64,000 bases of DNA from an uncultured Oscillospiraceae bacterium (lineage in GTDB: Bacteria > Bacillota > Clostridia > Oscillospirales > Acutalibacteraceae): positions 43,967 to 107,966 of the forward strand of contig UQOE01000005.1 in NCBI GenBank assembly GCA_900542575.1, written 5' to 3'. Each line of letters opens with the position of its first letter. Position 1 is the stretch's first letter. Shown piece after piece: positions 9,695-18,987 of this stretch. The translations under genes and the position numbers were made by a program. The notes beneath the pieces are model-generated. The model did not search any database. It was given only the letters and a program-made list of their open reading frames with translations, and was not told where the DNA came from.

Positions 9695-10661
9695 AACCAG
9701 TATTGGCGGTCAGGCCCTTCTGGAAGGCGTCATGATGCGCGGCCCGAAAGGCGCCGCAATTGCCATCCACCACTCGGATGGAAGCGTCAAGGTGGAGTAC
9801 CAGAAGGAAAAACATTTCAGTGAAAAGCATAAATGGGCCAAATGGCCGATTATCCGCGGAATGGTCAACTTCGTCGAGTCGCTGATCTACGGCTACCGGT
9901 ATCTGATGTATTCTGCCAATGAGATCGATCTCGACCCTGACCCGGATGTCACTCCGGACGAGGAGTCCAAGCTCGACAAATGGATTGAGGCACATTTTGG
10001 ACCGAAAATGATGACGGTCATCAGCATCATCTCCATGATTCTCGGCTTTGCTATCGCATTTGTCCTGTTCATGTGGTTCCCGGCCTGGATCGTCGATCTC
10101 TTTGACTTCAATGTCACCCATCATGTTCTCGACATCCACCATCTGCACCCGCTCTTTGAAGGACTGATCCGCATTATTATCCTCATTGTCTATATGTGGG
10201 CGGTCGGGAAGAACAGCGACATGCACCGCGTCTTCATGTACCATGGGGCCGAGCACAAAACCATTGCCTGCTATGAATCCGGCCAAGAACTGACGGTCGA
10301 AAACGTCGCCAAATGCTCCCGCTTTCACCCGCGCTGCGGGACCAATTTTATGTTCCTGATGCTGTTTATCGCCATCATCCTTGCAACGATTGTCGCAGTC
10401 ATCTGGCCAGGCATCCAGAACCCACGCTGGCTCTGGATTCTGATCAAACTTCTTCTGATTCCCCTGGTTATGGGATTCGGCTATGAGATTATCCGCTATG
10501 CCGGCCGGCATGATAACGCCCTTGCCCGTGCCATGGTTGCCCCTGGCATGTGGATGCAGCACATCACAACGCAGGAGCCGGGCGAAGAGATGATAAAGAC
10601 CGGCATTGCCGCATTCAATGCGGTTCGCACGGAAAATCCGGAAGACGACGCCATCAAATAA
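9666..10661 (+). CDS. DUF1385 (YqhQ-like) membrane protein
   Basis: N-terminal GGQALLEGVMMRG signature of DUF1385 and multiple TM segments. Its stop overlaps the prmC start. Confidence 0.7.
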   Translation: MSKKPTPQHKTSIGGQALLEGVMMRGPKGAAIAIHHSDGSVKVEYQKEKHFSEKHKWAKWPIIRGMVNFVESLIYGYRYLMYSANEIDLDPDPDVTPDEESKLDKWIEAHFGPKMMTVISIISMILGFAIAFVLFMWFPAWIVDLFDFNVTHHVLDIHHLHPLFEGLIRIIILIVYMWAVGKNSDMHRVFMYHGAEHKTIACYESGQELTVENVAKCSRFHPRCGTNFMFLMLFIAIILATIVAVIWPGIQNPRWLWILIKLLLIPLVMGFGYEIIRYAGRHDNALARAMVAPGMWMQHITTQEPGEEMIKTGIAAFNAVRTENPEDDAIK

Positions 10662-11512
10662 TGACTTATCTGGAATTGAACCGCCGGGGCAGGGAACTGC
10701 TCCGTAGCCAAGAGATAGAGGACGCGGATATCGATGCCCGGGAATTGCTTCTGCATGCGTCCGGGCTCTCTCGAACGCAGCTGTCCATGGCGTTTCAAAG
10801 CACGGTTCCCCATGAGACGGTCGAGATCTACCGTCTGTTCCTGCAAAGGCGGCTGGACGGAGAACCGCTCCAGTATCTCCTCGGTGAGTGGGAATTTTAC
10901 GGCCTTCCCTTTTTCGTAGGGGAGGGCGTTCTGATTCCCCGTCCGGAGACGGAGCTGCTGGTGGATGAGGCTGTCCGTTATGTAAAGGCATTTGCAGAGA
11001 ACCATGACCGCCCGGCGGAAGTGCTGGATCTCTGTGCCGGCTCCGGCTGCATTGGACTGACCGTGGCACATCTGGCAAAGAACAGCCGGGTGACCGGTCT
11101 GGAAAAATCGGACCAGGCCTTTTCCTATCTGCTGCGCAACCAGGATCTCATTGAAACCGGAGGCCGGTACACGGCCGAGCAGGGGAACCTGTTTGACGGG
11201 CCGGGAAACCGGCAGTTTGATCTGATCCTCTCCAACCCGCCCTATGTCCGCTCCGACGACATCCGGACTCTGTCCCGCGAAGTGCAGCGCGAACCTCAGA
11301 TGGCACTGGACGGAGGCGAGGATGGCCTGATTTTTTATCGTGCCATTGCGGAACAGTGGCTGCCTGTGCTCCGCAGCGGCGGCATGGCTGCCGTGGAGTG
11401 CGGAGAGGATCAGACTGAAGAGGTCGCCTCGCTGTTCCGCAGCGTGTCTTCGAATATCAGGATCTATCAGGACTACGCCGGCCTTCCGCGCGGCGTTGTG
11501 CTTTACAAATAA
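10661..11512 (+). CDS. prmC: Release factor glutamine methyltransferase PrmC (HemK)
   Basis: LLGEWEFYGL, DLCAGSGCIG and NPPY motifs. ATG overlaps the upstream stop (TAATG). Confidence 0.85.
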   Translation: MTYLELNRRGRELLRSQEIEDADIDARELLLHASGLSRTQLSMAFQSTVPHETVEIYRLFLQRRLDGEPLQYLLGEWEFYGLPFFVGEGVLIPRPETELLVDEAVRYVKAFAENHDRPAEVLDLCAGSGCIGLTVAHLAKNSRVTGLEKSDQAFSYLLRNQDLIETGGRYTAEQGNLFDGPGNRQFDLILSNPPYVRSDDIRTLSREVQREPQMALDGGEDGLIFYRAIAEQWLPVLRSGGMAAVECGEDQTEEVASLFRSVSSNIRIYQDYAGLPRGVVLYK

Positions 11513-11536
11513 TACTCATACAGGAGATTCCTGCCT

Positions 11537-12229
11537 ATGTTAATTGATGCTTTTCGAACCGGCAATTCCATTGCCATTTTCGGGGCTCTGCTGGCCTCTG
11601 CATTTCTGGTTTTCGTGGTGCTTCCCATTCACGAATGGGCCCATGCCGCTTCCGCCTATGCCTGCGGCGACAGCACGCCGAAACTGGCGGGCGGTCTGAC
11701 CTTAAATCCGATGGCACATATTGACCCGCTCGGTGCCGTCCTCATCGTACTGACCGGGTTTGGATGGGGAAAGCCGACGCCGGTCAACCCCAATAATTTC
11801 AGGCATAGGAAGCTGGACAATGTTCTGGTGGCTTTTGCCGGGCCATTTTCCAATTTGCTGATGGGGTGGCTGCTGCTGTTCCTGGAGGCAATCGTGGACC
11901 ATTCTTCCATCTATCTGACCAACGGTGGGCAGCTCCTTTCCATGTTTATCAGCTATGCCGGTGTCATCAGCATTTTCCTGGCGGTCGTCAACCTTCTGCC
12001 GATTCCCATGTTTGACGGCTTTGCCCTGCTGGAAACCGTTCTTCCTGCCCGGGCCAATTATTGGATCCGCACTCACCAGAACATCCTTTCCATTATCATT
12101 ATGGTTCTGTTCCTGGTCGGTGCCTTCACCATCCCCATTCAGGCACTGTCCCGCTATGTTGTCCGCTTCTTCTGGTGGCTGTCCAACCTGCCGTTCGGCG
12201 GCGCGGTAAGTCAGCCGATTCTGTACTGA
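11537..12229 (+). CDS. Site-2 protease family (peptidase M50) membrane metalloprotease
   Basis: HExxH motif (HEWAHA) within a TM helix and a polytopic membrane profile. Confidence 0.75.
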   Translation: MLIDAFRTGNSIAIFGALLASAFLVFVVLPIHEWAHAASAYACGDSTPKLAGGLTLNPMAHIDPLGAVLIVLTGFGWGKPTPVNPNNFRHRKLDNVLVAFAGPFSNLLMGWLLLFLEAIVDHSSIYLTNGGQLLSMFISYAGVISIFLAVVNLLPIPMFDGFALLETVLPARANYWIRTHQNILSIIIMVLFLVGAFTIPIQALSRYVVRFFWWLSNLPFGGAVSQPILY

Positions 12230-12238
12230 GGGAAGTCT

Positions 12239-12952
12239 ATGGAAGAGATCTCTTACAAACTGGAGGTTTTTGAGGGGCCGATGGATCTGCTCCTTTCCCT
12301 CATCAGCAAGCACAAACTGGATATCTACGACATTCCCATTGTGGAGCTTGTCGACCAGTATATGGATTACGTACGCCGCATGCAGGAATCGGACATGGAT
12401 GTCGCCAGTGAGTTTCTGGAGATGGCCGCACGGCTGGTCTATATGAAGACCGTATCGCTCCTGCCTTCGCAGAAAGAGGCGGAGGAGCTCAAGCAGGAGC
12501 TCACCGGAGAACTTCTGGAATACCGGGACTGCCAGATCATGGCCGGACGCCTCGCAAAGCGGGCCGACGGCTTTTCCTGCTATGTCCGGGAACCGGAGGA
12601 GATTGAGGCGGATGAGACCTATCAGCGGCTTCACGAACCGGCAGAACTGCTCCAGGCCTATCAGAACGTCCTGGGCAAGGGCCGGCGAAAACTGCCGCCG
12701 CCCGTCGAACTCTTTACAGAAATTGTCCGACGTCCTATTGTCTCGGTCTCTTCAAAAATCCACTATATTCTGAACTGCATGTCGCAGAGCGGACACTGGA
12801 GCCTGAACCGACTGTTTCGCGCGTCGTCGACGCGCTCCGATCTCGTCGCAACTTTCCTCGCCGTTCTGGAGCTCATCAAAGATAAAAAGATTACGACGGA
12901 GACCGACGGGAAAGATCTGACGCTGAATCTCAATCGGGAGGAAATGCTTTGA
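12239..12952 (+). CDS. scpA: Segregation and condensation protein A
   Basis: ScpA N-terminus (FEGPMDLLLSLI...KLDIYDIPI) and conserved scpA-scpB pairing. Confidence 0.85.
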   Translation: MEEISYKLEVFEGPMDLLLSLISKHKLDIYDIPIVELVDQYMDYVRRMQESDMDVASEFLEMAARLVYMKTVSLLPSQKEAEELKQELTGELLEYRDCQIMAGRLAKRADGFSCYVREPEEIEADETYQRLHEPAELLQAYQNVLGKGRRKLPPPVELFTEIVRRPIVSVSSKIHYILNCMSQSGHWSLNRLFRASSTRSDLVATFLAVLELIKDKKITTETDGKDLTLNLNREEML

Positions 12953-13545
12953 ACTACGACAAACTGGAGGCCGCCGCGGAGGCGGTTCTGTTCGCCTCGG
13001 GCGACCCTGTTCCGCTTCCCAAACTGGCTGAGGCCCTGCGGACCGATTTTGCGGAGACCGAACACATCCTGGAACAGCTCGGCACCCATCTGGATACCCC
13101 TGCCAGCGGAATCTGCCTGAAACATCTGGACAACGCCTATCAGCTCTGTACCAAACAGGAATATGAGGCACCCGTCCGCAGCGTACTGGAGCTGCGCCGA
13201 AATACGCCTCTGTCCAATGCTGCGTTTGAGGTTCTTGCGGTTATCGCCTACAATCAGCCTGTTACCCGTGCATTTGTTGACCAGGTCCGCGGTGTCGACT
13301 GCTCCGGCGTGGTATCCTCGCTCGTGAAAAAGGGCCTGATCGAGGAAAAAGGCCGGATGGATCTCCCAGGGAAGCCGATACTCTATGGAACAACGGCCAC
13401 GTTCCTGCGCTGCTTCAGCCTGGAGTCGCTGGAGGATCTCCCTGCGCTCCCGGACAGCGAAACCGAGGGGGAGACGGCAGAAGAAGACCCGCCCTCCCTG
13501 CTCGATGAAAAGTCGGAACGTACGGCGGAATCTACAATGGAATAA
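12949..13545 (+). CDS. scpB: Segregation and condensation protein B
   Basis: Winged-helix ScpB motifs (EAVLFAS..P, AAFEVLAVIAYNQPVTRAFV..VRGV). TTG start overlapping the scpA stop. Confidence 0.85.
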   Translation: MNYDKLEAAAEAVLFASGDPVPLPKLAEALRTDFAETEHILEQLGTHLDTPASGICLKHLDNAYQLCTKQEYEAPVRSVLELRRNTPLSNAAFEVLAVIAYNQPVTRAFVDQVRGVDCSGVVSSLVKKGLIEEKGRMDLPGKPILYGTTATFLRCFSLESLEDLPALPDSETEGETAEEDPPSLLDEKSERTAESTME

Positions 13546-13557
13546 ATGAAATAGTTT

Positions 13558-13603
13558 CACCCCCATGCAGAACAATATTCGCAGCAGCATGAGGGTGCTT
13601 TTT
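13558..13603 (+). terminator. Probable rho-independent terminator after scpB (long loop)
   Basis: CACCCCCATGC ... GCATGAGGGTG imperfect inverted repeat followed by CTTTTTATTT. Confidence 0.45.
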
Positions 13604-13683
13604 ATTTCCTATAAAAAATATTCGATTTTTTCATTCGCTATACTTGGTACAAGACTATAAGGAAAGGATGTATCAGGTGTCTT

Positions 13684-14313
13684 ATGAACGATTCTAACCG
13701 CATTCAATTTGTGCTTCCGCTGACCATTACCGGTTCTCTCTCCGCAGAGAGCTGTCTGGAGGAAATTATGGAGCATATCCCGGCCGGTCTGCCAAAGCGG
13801 GACGGTCTGAAAAAAGTTCTGAAAAAGGAACTTCTCGCAAAACTGACTGGCGTCTCTCAAAATAAGACAGGAGAAACCCGCAAATTTCAGTCAGAGAATG
13901 GAAAACTGATTTTATTTGCATTAATGCGCTTCTCTTTTTTGTTCTTTTCAAACCGAAAAGAAGTTCGTGGGAACGAAGAGATCGGATATCTCCTAAGCAC
14001 CGCTTGGAGAATGGAAGTCGATGAAGAGGATATGCTGGAGATTCCCGATACGATTTATTTTAAGGGGTGCAGGGCGGAAAAAACGGTCCTGCAGTCGCCG
14101 GTTCCTGGATTTTCTGTCTTTCAGACCTTTCTGCATCTTGATTTCTGGGTGGGCTCCTACGGTGAAATTGAAGTGGTCTGCCCGATGTTCGCAAGCTGCT
14201 CAGAGGGAGAATGGGCGGAGATGATCGACTTCAATCAGAATAATTACGCCGCCGCATTTTCCTGTGAATGGACCGTGGATCGTAATACAGACAGGATGAT
14301 TTGCTGCGACTGA
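13684..14313 (+). CDS. Hypothetical protein, orphan, Cys-rich C-terminus; lower GC than its surroundings
   Basis: 209-aa ORF with a GGA RBS-like element upstream. About 47% GC against about 58% for the flanks. It interrupts the conserved scpAB-ytfIJ synteny. No family recognised. Confidence 0.5.
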   Translation: MNDSNRIQFVLPLTITGSLSAESCLEEIMEHIPAGLPKRDGLKKVLKKELLAKLTGVSQNKTGETRKFQSENGKLILFALMRFSFLFFSNRKEVRGNEEIGYLLSTAWRMEVDEEDMLEIPDTIYFKGCRAEKTVLQSPVPGFSVFQTFLHLDFWVGSYGEIEVVCPMFASCSEGEWAEMIDFNQNNYAAAFSCEWTVDRNTDRMICCD

Positions 14314-14344
14314 AAATCGAAAAAACGGGGAGCAGCCCGGCTTT

Positions 14345-14387
14345 CGATGGAGAGCCGGCCTTTTCTTTTTATTCCAAAAAAGTATAT
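14345..14387 (+). terminator. Rho-independent terminator after orphan gene
   Basis: CCGGCT-loop-AGCCGG hairpin followed by CCTTTTCTTTTTATT. Confidence 0.6.
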
Positions 14388-14532
14388 AATAGTAAAGGTT
14401 TATACATAGATGCAGCAAGATAACCGTCCATATACCGCCGAAAACGTATCTAGGCGATAGTTTTCCATTATGGTATACTATAATCGTTATGAAAATCTGA
14501 CAAAGTTGAATGCTTGAAGGAGGTGTTGACGA

Positions 14533-15549
14533 TTGGGATTTTTTAAGGTCATCATGTGGATTTTTCTCCTCATCCTGGCACTGCTCGTTCTGACTGGCCT
14601 GCTTATCACTTTGCTGCTGTCCATCCGGGTGAAACTGGGTCTGGAATACAGTGAAGCCGGCGCTGTAAAATTCCGGGTGGGCTACGGGTTCCTGCATTTT
14701 TCCTTTGGAGGACCGAAAAAGAAGAAGAAGAAAAAGGAATCCAGACCGAAGAGCTCCAGCAATCTGCTGGAAGACAAACTGAAAAAGAAGGGACAGGCCT
14801 TCATACGCAAAAAACAGTTTGAGAAGGAAATCAAGGACCAGGAAGAAATTGAGCTGGAGAAAAAACGCATTGCCTCCGAAGAGTCCAGACTCAACGCAGA
14901 GAGCGAAGCGGCAGAGCAGCAGCTGAAAGCCGCTGAGGCTGCAGAAAAGGCGGGTCAGCCGCTTCCCGACATCGTTGACGAAAAAAAGGTGTCCAAGCTG
15001 CAGCAGATCCGCGAGAAAATCGACAGCTGGGACATCGAGGGTGCTGTCAATCTGGGCAAGAGCTTTATGGCCGGCTTTTCCTTTGACTCTATTGTAGCGC
15101 TTCTGCAGTATATCAAGGACCAGTCGAAAGAATCCCTTTCCAAAACCGCTAAACGTTTTACGGTTGACAACGCCGAGCTTACCCTTTGGGTGCACGGAAA
15201 AGATGCAGCGGATACCGCCCTGAAATACGGCGAATATGCGGCGGTGGTTTTCCCTGCATACAGCCTTCTGGTCTCCTATGGAAGAGTGCGGAAATACAAT
15301 GTGGAACTGCTTCCGGATTTTCTGGCTCCCAAAAATCGGGCTGAGCTCCATACGACAGTCTCCTTCCTTCCTATTCGAGTCCTGACGCCGCTTCTTATCT
15401 CCGGACTGAAAATCGGAGGGCATTCTCTGAAGGAAATCAACGGTGGACTCAAAAAAGCAGAAAAGGTACATACCAAACTGCAGAAAGAACGCGACGAAAA
15501 ATTACTGGACCAGACTGCCGCGCAGCTGGGACTTTCCACGGATAACTGA
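14533..15549 (+). CDS. YtfI-like sporulation protein (DUF2953 family), N-terminal TM, poly-Lys tract
   Basis: N-terminal TM, a K8 tract, and a coiled-coil-like Glu/Lys region, in the conserved position upstream of ytfJ. A GGAGG RBS and an upstream TGnTATACT extended -10. Confidence 0.65.
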   Translation: MGFFKVIMWIFLLILALLVLTGLLITLLLSIRVKLGLEYSEAGAVKFRVGYGFLHFSFGGPKKKKKKKESRPKSSSNLLEDKLKKKGQAFIRKKQFEKEIKDQEEIELEKKRIASEESRLNAESEAAEQQLKAAEAAEKAGQPLPDIVDEKKVSKLQQIREKIDSWDIEGAVNLGKSFMAGFSFDSIVALLQYIKDQSKESLSKTAKRFTVDNAELTLWVHGKDAADTALKYGEYAAVVFPAYSLLVSYGRVRKYNVELLPDFLAPKNRAELHTTVSFLPIRVLTPLLISGLKIGGHSLKEINGGLKKAEKVHTKLQKERDEKLLDQTAAQLGLSTDN

Positions 15550-15565
15550 TTAGGTGGTGCAATTC

Positions 15566-16006
15566 ATGAAAGACAATAAAGCAAAGGGTACGAATGCGGT
15601 GGAACTTCTCAGCGACACCATAAAGAAAGTCAAGGATATGATCGACGTCAGCACGATCATCGGCGAGCCGGTCTATACGGAATCCGGTCTCACGATTATC
15701 CCCGTCTCCAAAGTCACCTATGGCTTTGCCAGCGGCGGCTCCGACTTTCCGTCCAAGGGGAAAACGGAGTGCTTCGGCGGCGCCGGCGGGGCAGGTGTTA
15801 CGATTACGCCGGTTGCTTTCCTGGTCATTAAAGACGGACAGGTCTCTATCAAACACATCGGTACATTTGACAACGCCGCGGAGCGTGCGGTCAACATGGT
15901 ACCGGATATGTTTGACAAGGTAACCGGTTTCGTCAAAAAAGACAAGAAAAAGAATTCCTCTCCCGAGCCGGACAAAGTTATACCGGCACCGGAAAAAGAG
16001 GACTGA
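15566..16006 (+). CDS. ytfJ: Sporulation protein YtfJ / GerW family
   Basis: Characteristic IGEP...IIPVSKVTYGFASGG...GGAGGAGVTITPVAFLVI motif. The AGGTGG RBS is 8 nt before ATG 15566; an alternative GTG at 15554 exists. Confidence 0.8.
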   Translation: MKDNKAKGTNAVELLSDTIKKVKDMIDVSTIIGEPVYTESGLTIIPVSKVTYGFASGGSDFPSKGKTECFGGAGGAGVTITPVAFLVIKDGQVSIKHIGTFDNAAERAVNMVPDMFDKVTGFVKKDKKKNSSPEPDKVIPAPEKED

Positions 16007-16107
16007 ATCGAAATGTTTTTACAGCCGTCCGTTTCTGCGGGCGGCTGCTTGACTTCTATTCGCTAAACTTTTATACTCAATTCAAATTTTTTCTTGGAGG
16101 ATGCGGT

Positions 16108-16833
16108 ATGGCAGAGGAACGACTGCAGAAATATATGGCGGAGTGCGGCATTGCTTCCCGTCGGAAGAGTGAGGAACTGATCCGTGCCGGCAAGGTCATG
16201 GTCAATGGAGAACCGGCCGAAATCGGCCGAAAGATCGATCCGAACCGGGACGTGGTTACCGTGGACGGCCGCAAGGTCCGCCATGAGCAGAAACATGTAT
16301 ATCTGATGCTGAACAAGCCTCGGGGCTTTATCTCCACTATGAGCGACGAATACGACCGCCGATGTGTTGCCGAGCTGGTGGCAGATGTGGGGACCCGCGT
16401 TTACCCGGTCGGTCGGCTGGACCGCGACTCCGAGGGCCTGCTGCTATTTACCAATGACGGAAAGCTTGCCAACCAGCTGATGCATCCGTCCCGCCATGTC
16501 CCCAAGACCTATCGTGTCACCGTCCGTCCCGAGGTGACGGACGATATGATTACGGCCATGATGACCGGCATGATGCTCGATGGAAAGCAGACCCTTCCCG
16601 CAGACGTCAAAGTGCTGGTTAAGGAGCCGGACCGGACGGTTCTGGAGGTCACCATCTGTGAGGGCCGCAACCGTCAGATTCGCCGGATGTGCGAGCAGCT
16701 CGGACTGGAAGTCGCACGGCTGAAGCGGATCTCCGAGGGCCCGGTTAAGCTCGGCATGCTGAAACTCGGGACCTGGCGGGAACTCACACCGGAAGAGGTG
16801 CGCGCCCTGAAGCAGAGCGCCGGCCGTGAATGA
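16108..16833 (+). CDS. rluB: 23S rRNA pseudouridine synthase RluB family (S4 domain + PseudoU_synth_2)
   Basis: S4 domain (LQKYMAECGIASRRK), catalytic VGRLDRDSEGLLLFTNDG, and a GGAGG RBS. Confidence 0.85.
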   Translation: MAEERLQKYMAECGIASRRKSEELIRAGKVMVNGEPAEIGRKIDPNRDVVTVDGRKVRHEQKHVYLMLNKPRGFISTMSDEYDRRCVAELVADVGTRVYPVGRLDRDSEGLLLFTNDGKLANQLMHPSRHVPKTYRVTVRPEVTDDMITAMMTGMMLDGKQTLPADVKVLVKEPDRTVLEVTICEGRNRQIRRMCEQLGLEVARLKRISEGPVKLGMLKLGTWRELTPEEVRALKQSAGRE

Positions 16834-16837
16834 CACT

Positions 16838-16866
16838 TGTTGCAGAACTCCTTGCAATTGAGTATA
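16838..16866 (+). promoter_or_regulatory. Sigma-A type promoter (TTGCAG-17-TATAAT) upstream of yicC-like gene
   Basis: Hexamers read directly from the sequence with a 17-nt spacer. Confidence 0.5.
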
Positions 16867-16945
16867 ATTAATAATTGTATTTTAGGGCAGAGAGGAGTGC
16901 CTTCGTCTGGACTCCCATGGCCTTAACACAAGGAGTAATTTCATA

Positions 16946-17824
16946 ATGACAAGAAGTATGACCGGTTACGGGCGTGCCCAGGAGGAGACCCCTCTGGGAA
17001 CGGTACTGGTTGAGCTGAAAAGTGTCAACCACCGCTATTTTGAGCTCACGACCCGTGTCCCGAGACAGTACAGCTTTCTGGAAGAAAAAGTCAAAAACTA
17101 TCTTCAGAGCCGCATTGGCCGCGGCAAAGTCGAATGCCTCATTTCCATTGAGGAAAAGGCAAACGATGCGGTCAAGGTTGAAGTCAATCATCCGCTCGCC
17201 AAGGCCTATATCGACGCGCTTCAGGAACTGGCTGATACCTATGGTCTTCGCAACGACGTCACGGCGCTCTCATTGACGCGGTTTAATGACGTCTTTTCCG
17301 TGACCCGGGACGAGCTGGACGAGGATGCCGTCTGGAATTCGGTCCAGCCGGTTCTGGCGGCGGCAGCCGACCGCTTTATCGCTATGCGCGAGACAGAAGG
17401 CGAAAAGCTGAAGGAGGATATCTGCTCCAAGGCAGACGCTATTCTGGACATGGTCACGTTTATTGAGAAGAAATCTCCCGAGACCGTCGCAGAGTACAAT
17501 GAAAAGCTCAAGTCCCGCATTCGGGAACTGCTCGGCGACGTCAAGGTGGATGAACAGAGGCTCCTGACGGAAGCCGCCATCTATGCTGACAAAGTCGCGG
17601 TGGATGAAGAGACGGTCCGGCTTCACAGCCACATTGACCAGCTCAAAAACATGTTTGACGAGGACAAACCAATCGGCAGAAAGATGGATTTCCTGGTACA
17701 GGAAATCAACCGGGAAGCCAACACAATTGGGTCTAAGGCATCCAATCTGGAAATTACCTCCAAAGTCCTGTCCATTAAGGGCGAAGTGGAGAAAATTCGA
17801 GAACAGGTACAGAATATCGAATAA
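16946..17824 (+). CDS. yicC: YicC-family stress-induced protein (TIGR00255)
   Basis: N-terminal MTGYG motif and the conserved yicC-remA-gmk-rpoZ arrangement. Confidence 0.8.
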   Translation: MTRSMTGYGRAQEETPLGTVLVELKSVNHRYFELTTRVPRQYSFLEEKVKNYLQSRIGRGKVECLISIEEKANDAVKVEVNHPLAKAYIDALQELADTYGLRNDVTALSLTRFNDVFSVTRDELDEDAVWNSVQPVLAAAADRFIAMRETEGEKLKEDICSKADAILDMVTFIEKKSPETVAEYNEKLKSRIRELLGDVKVDEQRLLTEAAIYADKVAVDEETVRLHSHIDQLKNMFDEDKPIGRKMDFLVQEINREANTIGSKASNLEITSKVLSIKGEVEKIREQVQNIE

Positions 17825-17851
17825 TCAGATCAGACGACAGGAGGGGCTCAT

Positions 17852-18115
17852 TTGAAACTTGTCAGTATCGGGTTCGGAAGCTGTGTCAATACGGAGCGGA
17901 TTGTTGCTATCGTAGGGCCGGAATCTGCACCCATCAAGCGCATTGTGCAGGAGTGTAAAGAAAAGGGAACCCTGATAGATGCTTCTCACGGGCGCAAAAG
18001 CAAGTCTGTCCTGCTGACAGATACGGACCACGTTATCCTGTCCTACCTGAACCCTGATACATTAATGCACCGAATTAACGGTGAAGAGGAGAATGAGGAG
18101 GCAGCAGAATCATGA
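17852..18115 (+). CDS. remA: Extracellular matrix/biofilm regulator RemA (DUF370)
   Basis: 87-aa DUF370 protein (VSIGFG..V...RIVAIV.P.SAPIKR) between yicC and gmk. TTG start with a GGAGGGG RBS. Confidence 0.8.
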   Translation: MKLVSIGFGSCVNTERIVAIVGPESAPIKRIVQECKEKGTLIDASHGRKSKSVLLTDTDHVILSYLNPDTLMHRINGEEENEEAAES

Positions 18116-18729
18116 GCAGCGGTTTTGTTCTGGTTCTTTCCGGGCCGTCCGGTGCTGGAAAAGACACGGTTATTGACGAGCTGATCAAACAGGACAAAGA
18201 CACGGTAATCTCCATTTCCATGACTACCAGAAAGCCCCGGCCAGGTGAAGTGGACGGAAAAGATTACTATTTTGTCTCAAAAGAGGAATTTGAGGAAAAC
18301 ATCAAAAAGGGAGAAATGCTGGAATACGCCAAGTACGGCGACAATTACTACGGAACTCCCATGAAGCCCATCCGCAGCTGGTGTGCGGACGGCAAGACGG
18401 TCATTCTGAAAATCGAGGTCCAGGGGGCCCGAAAAATCAAAGAGAAATGGCCGGATGTCTGCACGATGTTCCTTATGCCGCCGTCCGTCTATGCTCTTCG
18501 GCAGCGTCTGGAAGGACGCAATACCGAGTCCGAAGAAGAAATTGAACAGCGTCTGGCCATTGCCCGTGAGGAAATTTCCTGTTCTTACGATTACGATTAT
18601 ATCATTGTCAACGACCGCGTAGATGAGGCCGTGGCCAATATCCTAGAGGTCATCAAACGGTACCGCTGCATGCAGGAGTATACCGACACGGTCTTCCAGG
18701 CATCTTTAGCACAGTCCAATCATGAATAA
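18112..18729 (+). CDS. gmk: Guanylate kinase
   Basis: P-loop GPSGAGK, then TTRKPRPGEVDGKDYYF. Confidence 0.9.
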   Translation: MSSGFVLVLSGPSGAGKDTVIDELIKQDKDTVISISMTTRKPRPGEVDGKDYYFVSKEEFEENIKKGEMLEYAKYGDNYYGTPMKPIRSWCADGKTVILKIEVQGARKIKEKWPDVCTMFLMPPSVYALRQRLEGRNTESEEEIEQRLAIAREEISCSYDYDYIIVNDRVDEAVANILEVIKRYRCMQEYTDTVFQASLAQSNHE

Positions 18730-18750
18730 TTTAGAGTGAGGCAAACGATT

Positions 18751-18987
18751 ATGGCAGAAGAAAAAAGAAACTTCAATCCGGATTTAACGCCGCTTCTGGA
18801 CGGAAAAAACGGACCCATCAGCCGCTATTCCCTGGTTACGGGTACAGCAAAGCTGGCGCGCGAAATTGCGGACCGGGCAGATCAGGAAGGGAAAATCCTG
18901 ACGGACAAACCGGTTTCCATCGCTCTGAACAAGCTGCTGGACGACGAGTACGAAATTGAGGAGCCGGACGAGATCCGACAGTATTGA
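18751..18987 (+). CDS. rpoZ: DNA-directed RNA polymerase subunit omega
   Basis: Small protein with an SRY.LV...AKLAREI core, after gmk. ATG 18751 has a GAGG RBS at 9-nt spacing; the ORF could start at 18736. Confidence 0.75.
   Translation: MAEEKRNFNPDLTPLLDGKNGPISRYSLVTGTAKLAREIADRADQEGKILTDKPVSIALNKLLDDEYEIEEPDEIRQY

Noticed and set aside
9576-11078. 500-aa ORF on the minus strand antisense to the DUF1385 and prmC genes
   Set aside because: High-GC antisense read-through frame, no RBS, Pro/Arg/Gly-rich composition typical of spurious ORFs. It fully overlaps two well-supported + strand genes.
11702-12634. 310-aa minus-strand ORF antisense to the M50 protease/scpA
   Set aside because: Shadow ORF across two supported genes; no start context.
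14200-15471. 423-aa minus-strand ORF antisense to the ytfI-like gene
   Set aside because: Overlaps a gene with good RBS, promoter and synteny support. Its composition is Phe/Leu/Gln-rich (the reverse complement of Lys/Glu codons). Judged spurious.
16007-16060. Imperfect inverted repeat CAGCCGTCCG...GCGGGCGGCTG after ytfJ as a terminator
   Set aside because: No T-run follows and it overlaps a probable rluB promoter (TTGACT-17-TATACT). Could be a weak attenuator, but evidence is insufficient to call it.
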